A stretch of DNA of 64,000 nt from Octopus bimaculoides (lineage: Eukaryota). Every line of letters begins with the position of its first letter. Within the stretch, counting starts at the first letter, position 1. Location: NCBI RefSeq assembly GCF_001194135.2, contig NC_068984.1:66669158-66733157 (forward strand), in the 5' to 3' direction. Below the pieces are notes generated by a model, which was not told where the DNA came from, made no database searches, and saw nothing but the letters and a program-made list of their open reading frames with translations. Of this stretch, positions 63,629-64,000 are shown one piece after another. A program made the position numbers and the translations under genes.

Positions 63629-63948
63629 TCTATATATATAAAAATGAGAATGTCTGTCTGTCTGTCTGTCTGTGTGAATCCCTAAAACTCGAGAACTACG
63701 CAACCAATTTCATTCAAATTTTACACATGCCTTACTTAGGGTTCCAGTTGTGTTTTAGTCAAAAAAGTTTTTAACTTCTTGCAGAGTTCGAGCACACGGC
63801 AACATAATATCTCCTCCACTATTTAAGTATTACGTGTCAAAAGTGAAACAAAAACACTCATGTCAAATACTTTCACTTTAAAAATGAAACTATTCCACTA
63901 ACTGAAACAATCACATTTCGATACTGTAATGACAGATACTTTCACAGA
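63629..63948 (+). mobile_element. Non-autonomous Helitron-like element, 5' end
   Basis: A then TCtatatatataaaaatg, followed by (TCTG)n and gaactacgcaaccaatttcattcaaattttacac, the usual layout of small invertebrate Helitrons; CpGs retained; no 3' CTRR end seen. Confidence 0.65.
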
Positions 63949-64000
63949 GAGAGAAAGAGAGAAAGAGAGACAGAAAGAGAGAGACAGAGAGATGTATATG

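Overview
AT-rich animal genomic DNA, most likely an octopus (coleoid cephalopod); this is inferred from SINE families and microsatellite load, not proven. I cannot confidently identify any protein-coding gene, tRNA, rRNA or CRISPR array, and nearly all long ORFs in the supplied track are microsatellite or N-gap artefacts. The window looks intronic or intergenic. It is dominated by four tRNA-headed SINE families (labelled A, C, D, E here), RTE-LINE 3' ends and a related short element (B and H), and DNA-transposon relics: Chapaev3, DD37D/maT mariner, hAT, piggyBac-like and Tc1/mariner MITEs, and Helitron-like ends. It also has Penelope-like traces, dense microsatellites and six assembly gaps. 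The most notable structures are: interleaved inverted repeats with a perfect 40-bp core (22.8-23.5 kb); a decayed minimal hammerhead ribozyme motif (39.1 kb); closely spaced inverted SINE pairs that could form A-to-I editing substrates; a dimeric MITE; and an hAT insertion that splits an otherwise open frame. A few candidate exons are given at low confidence. I found no convincing new biological system. SINE boundaries are approximate (about 10-20 bp), and family assignments rest on motif recall without database searches.
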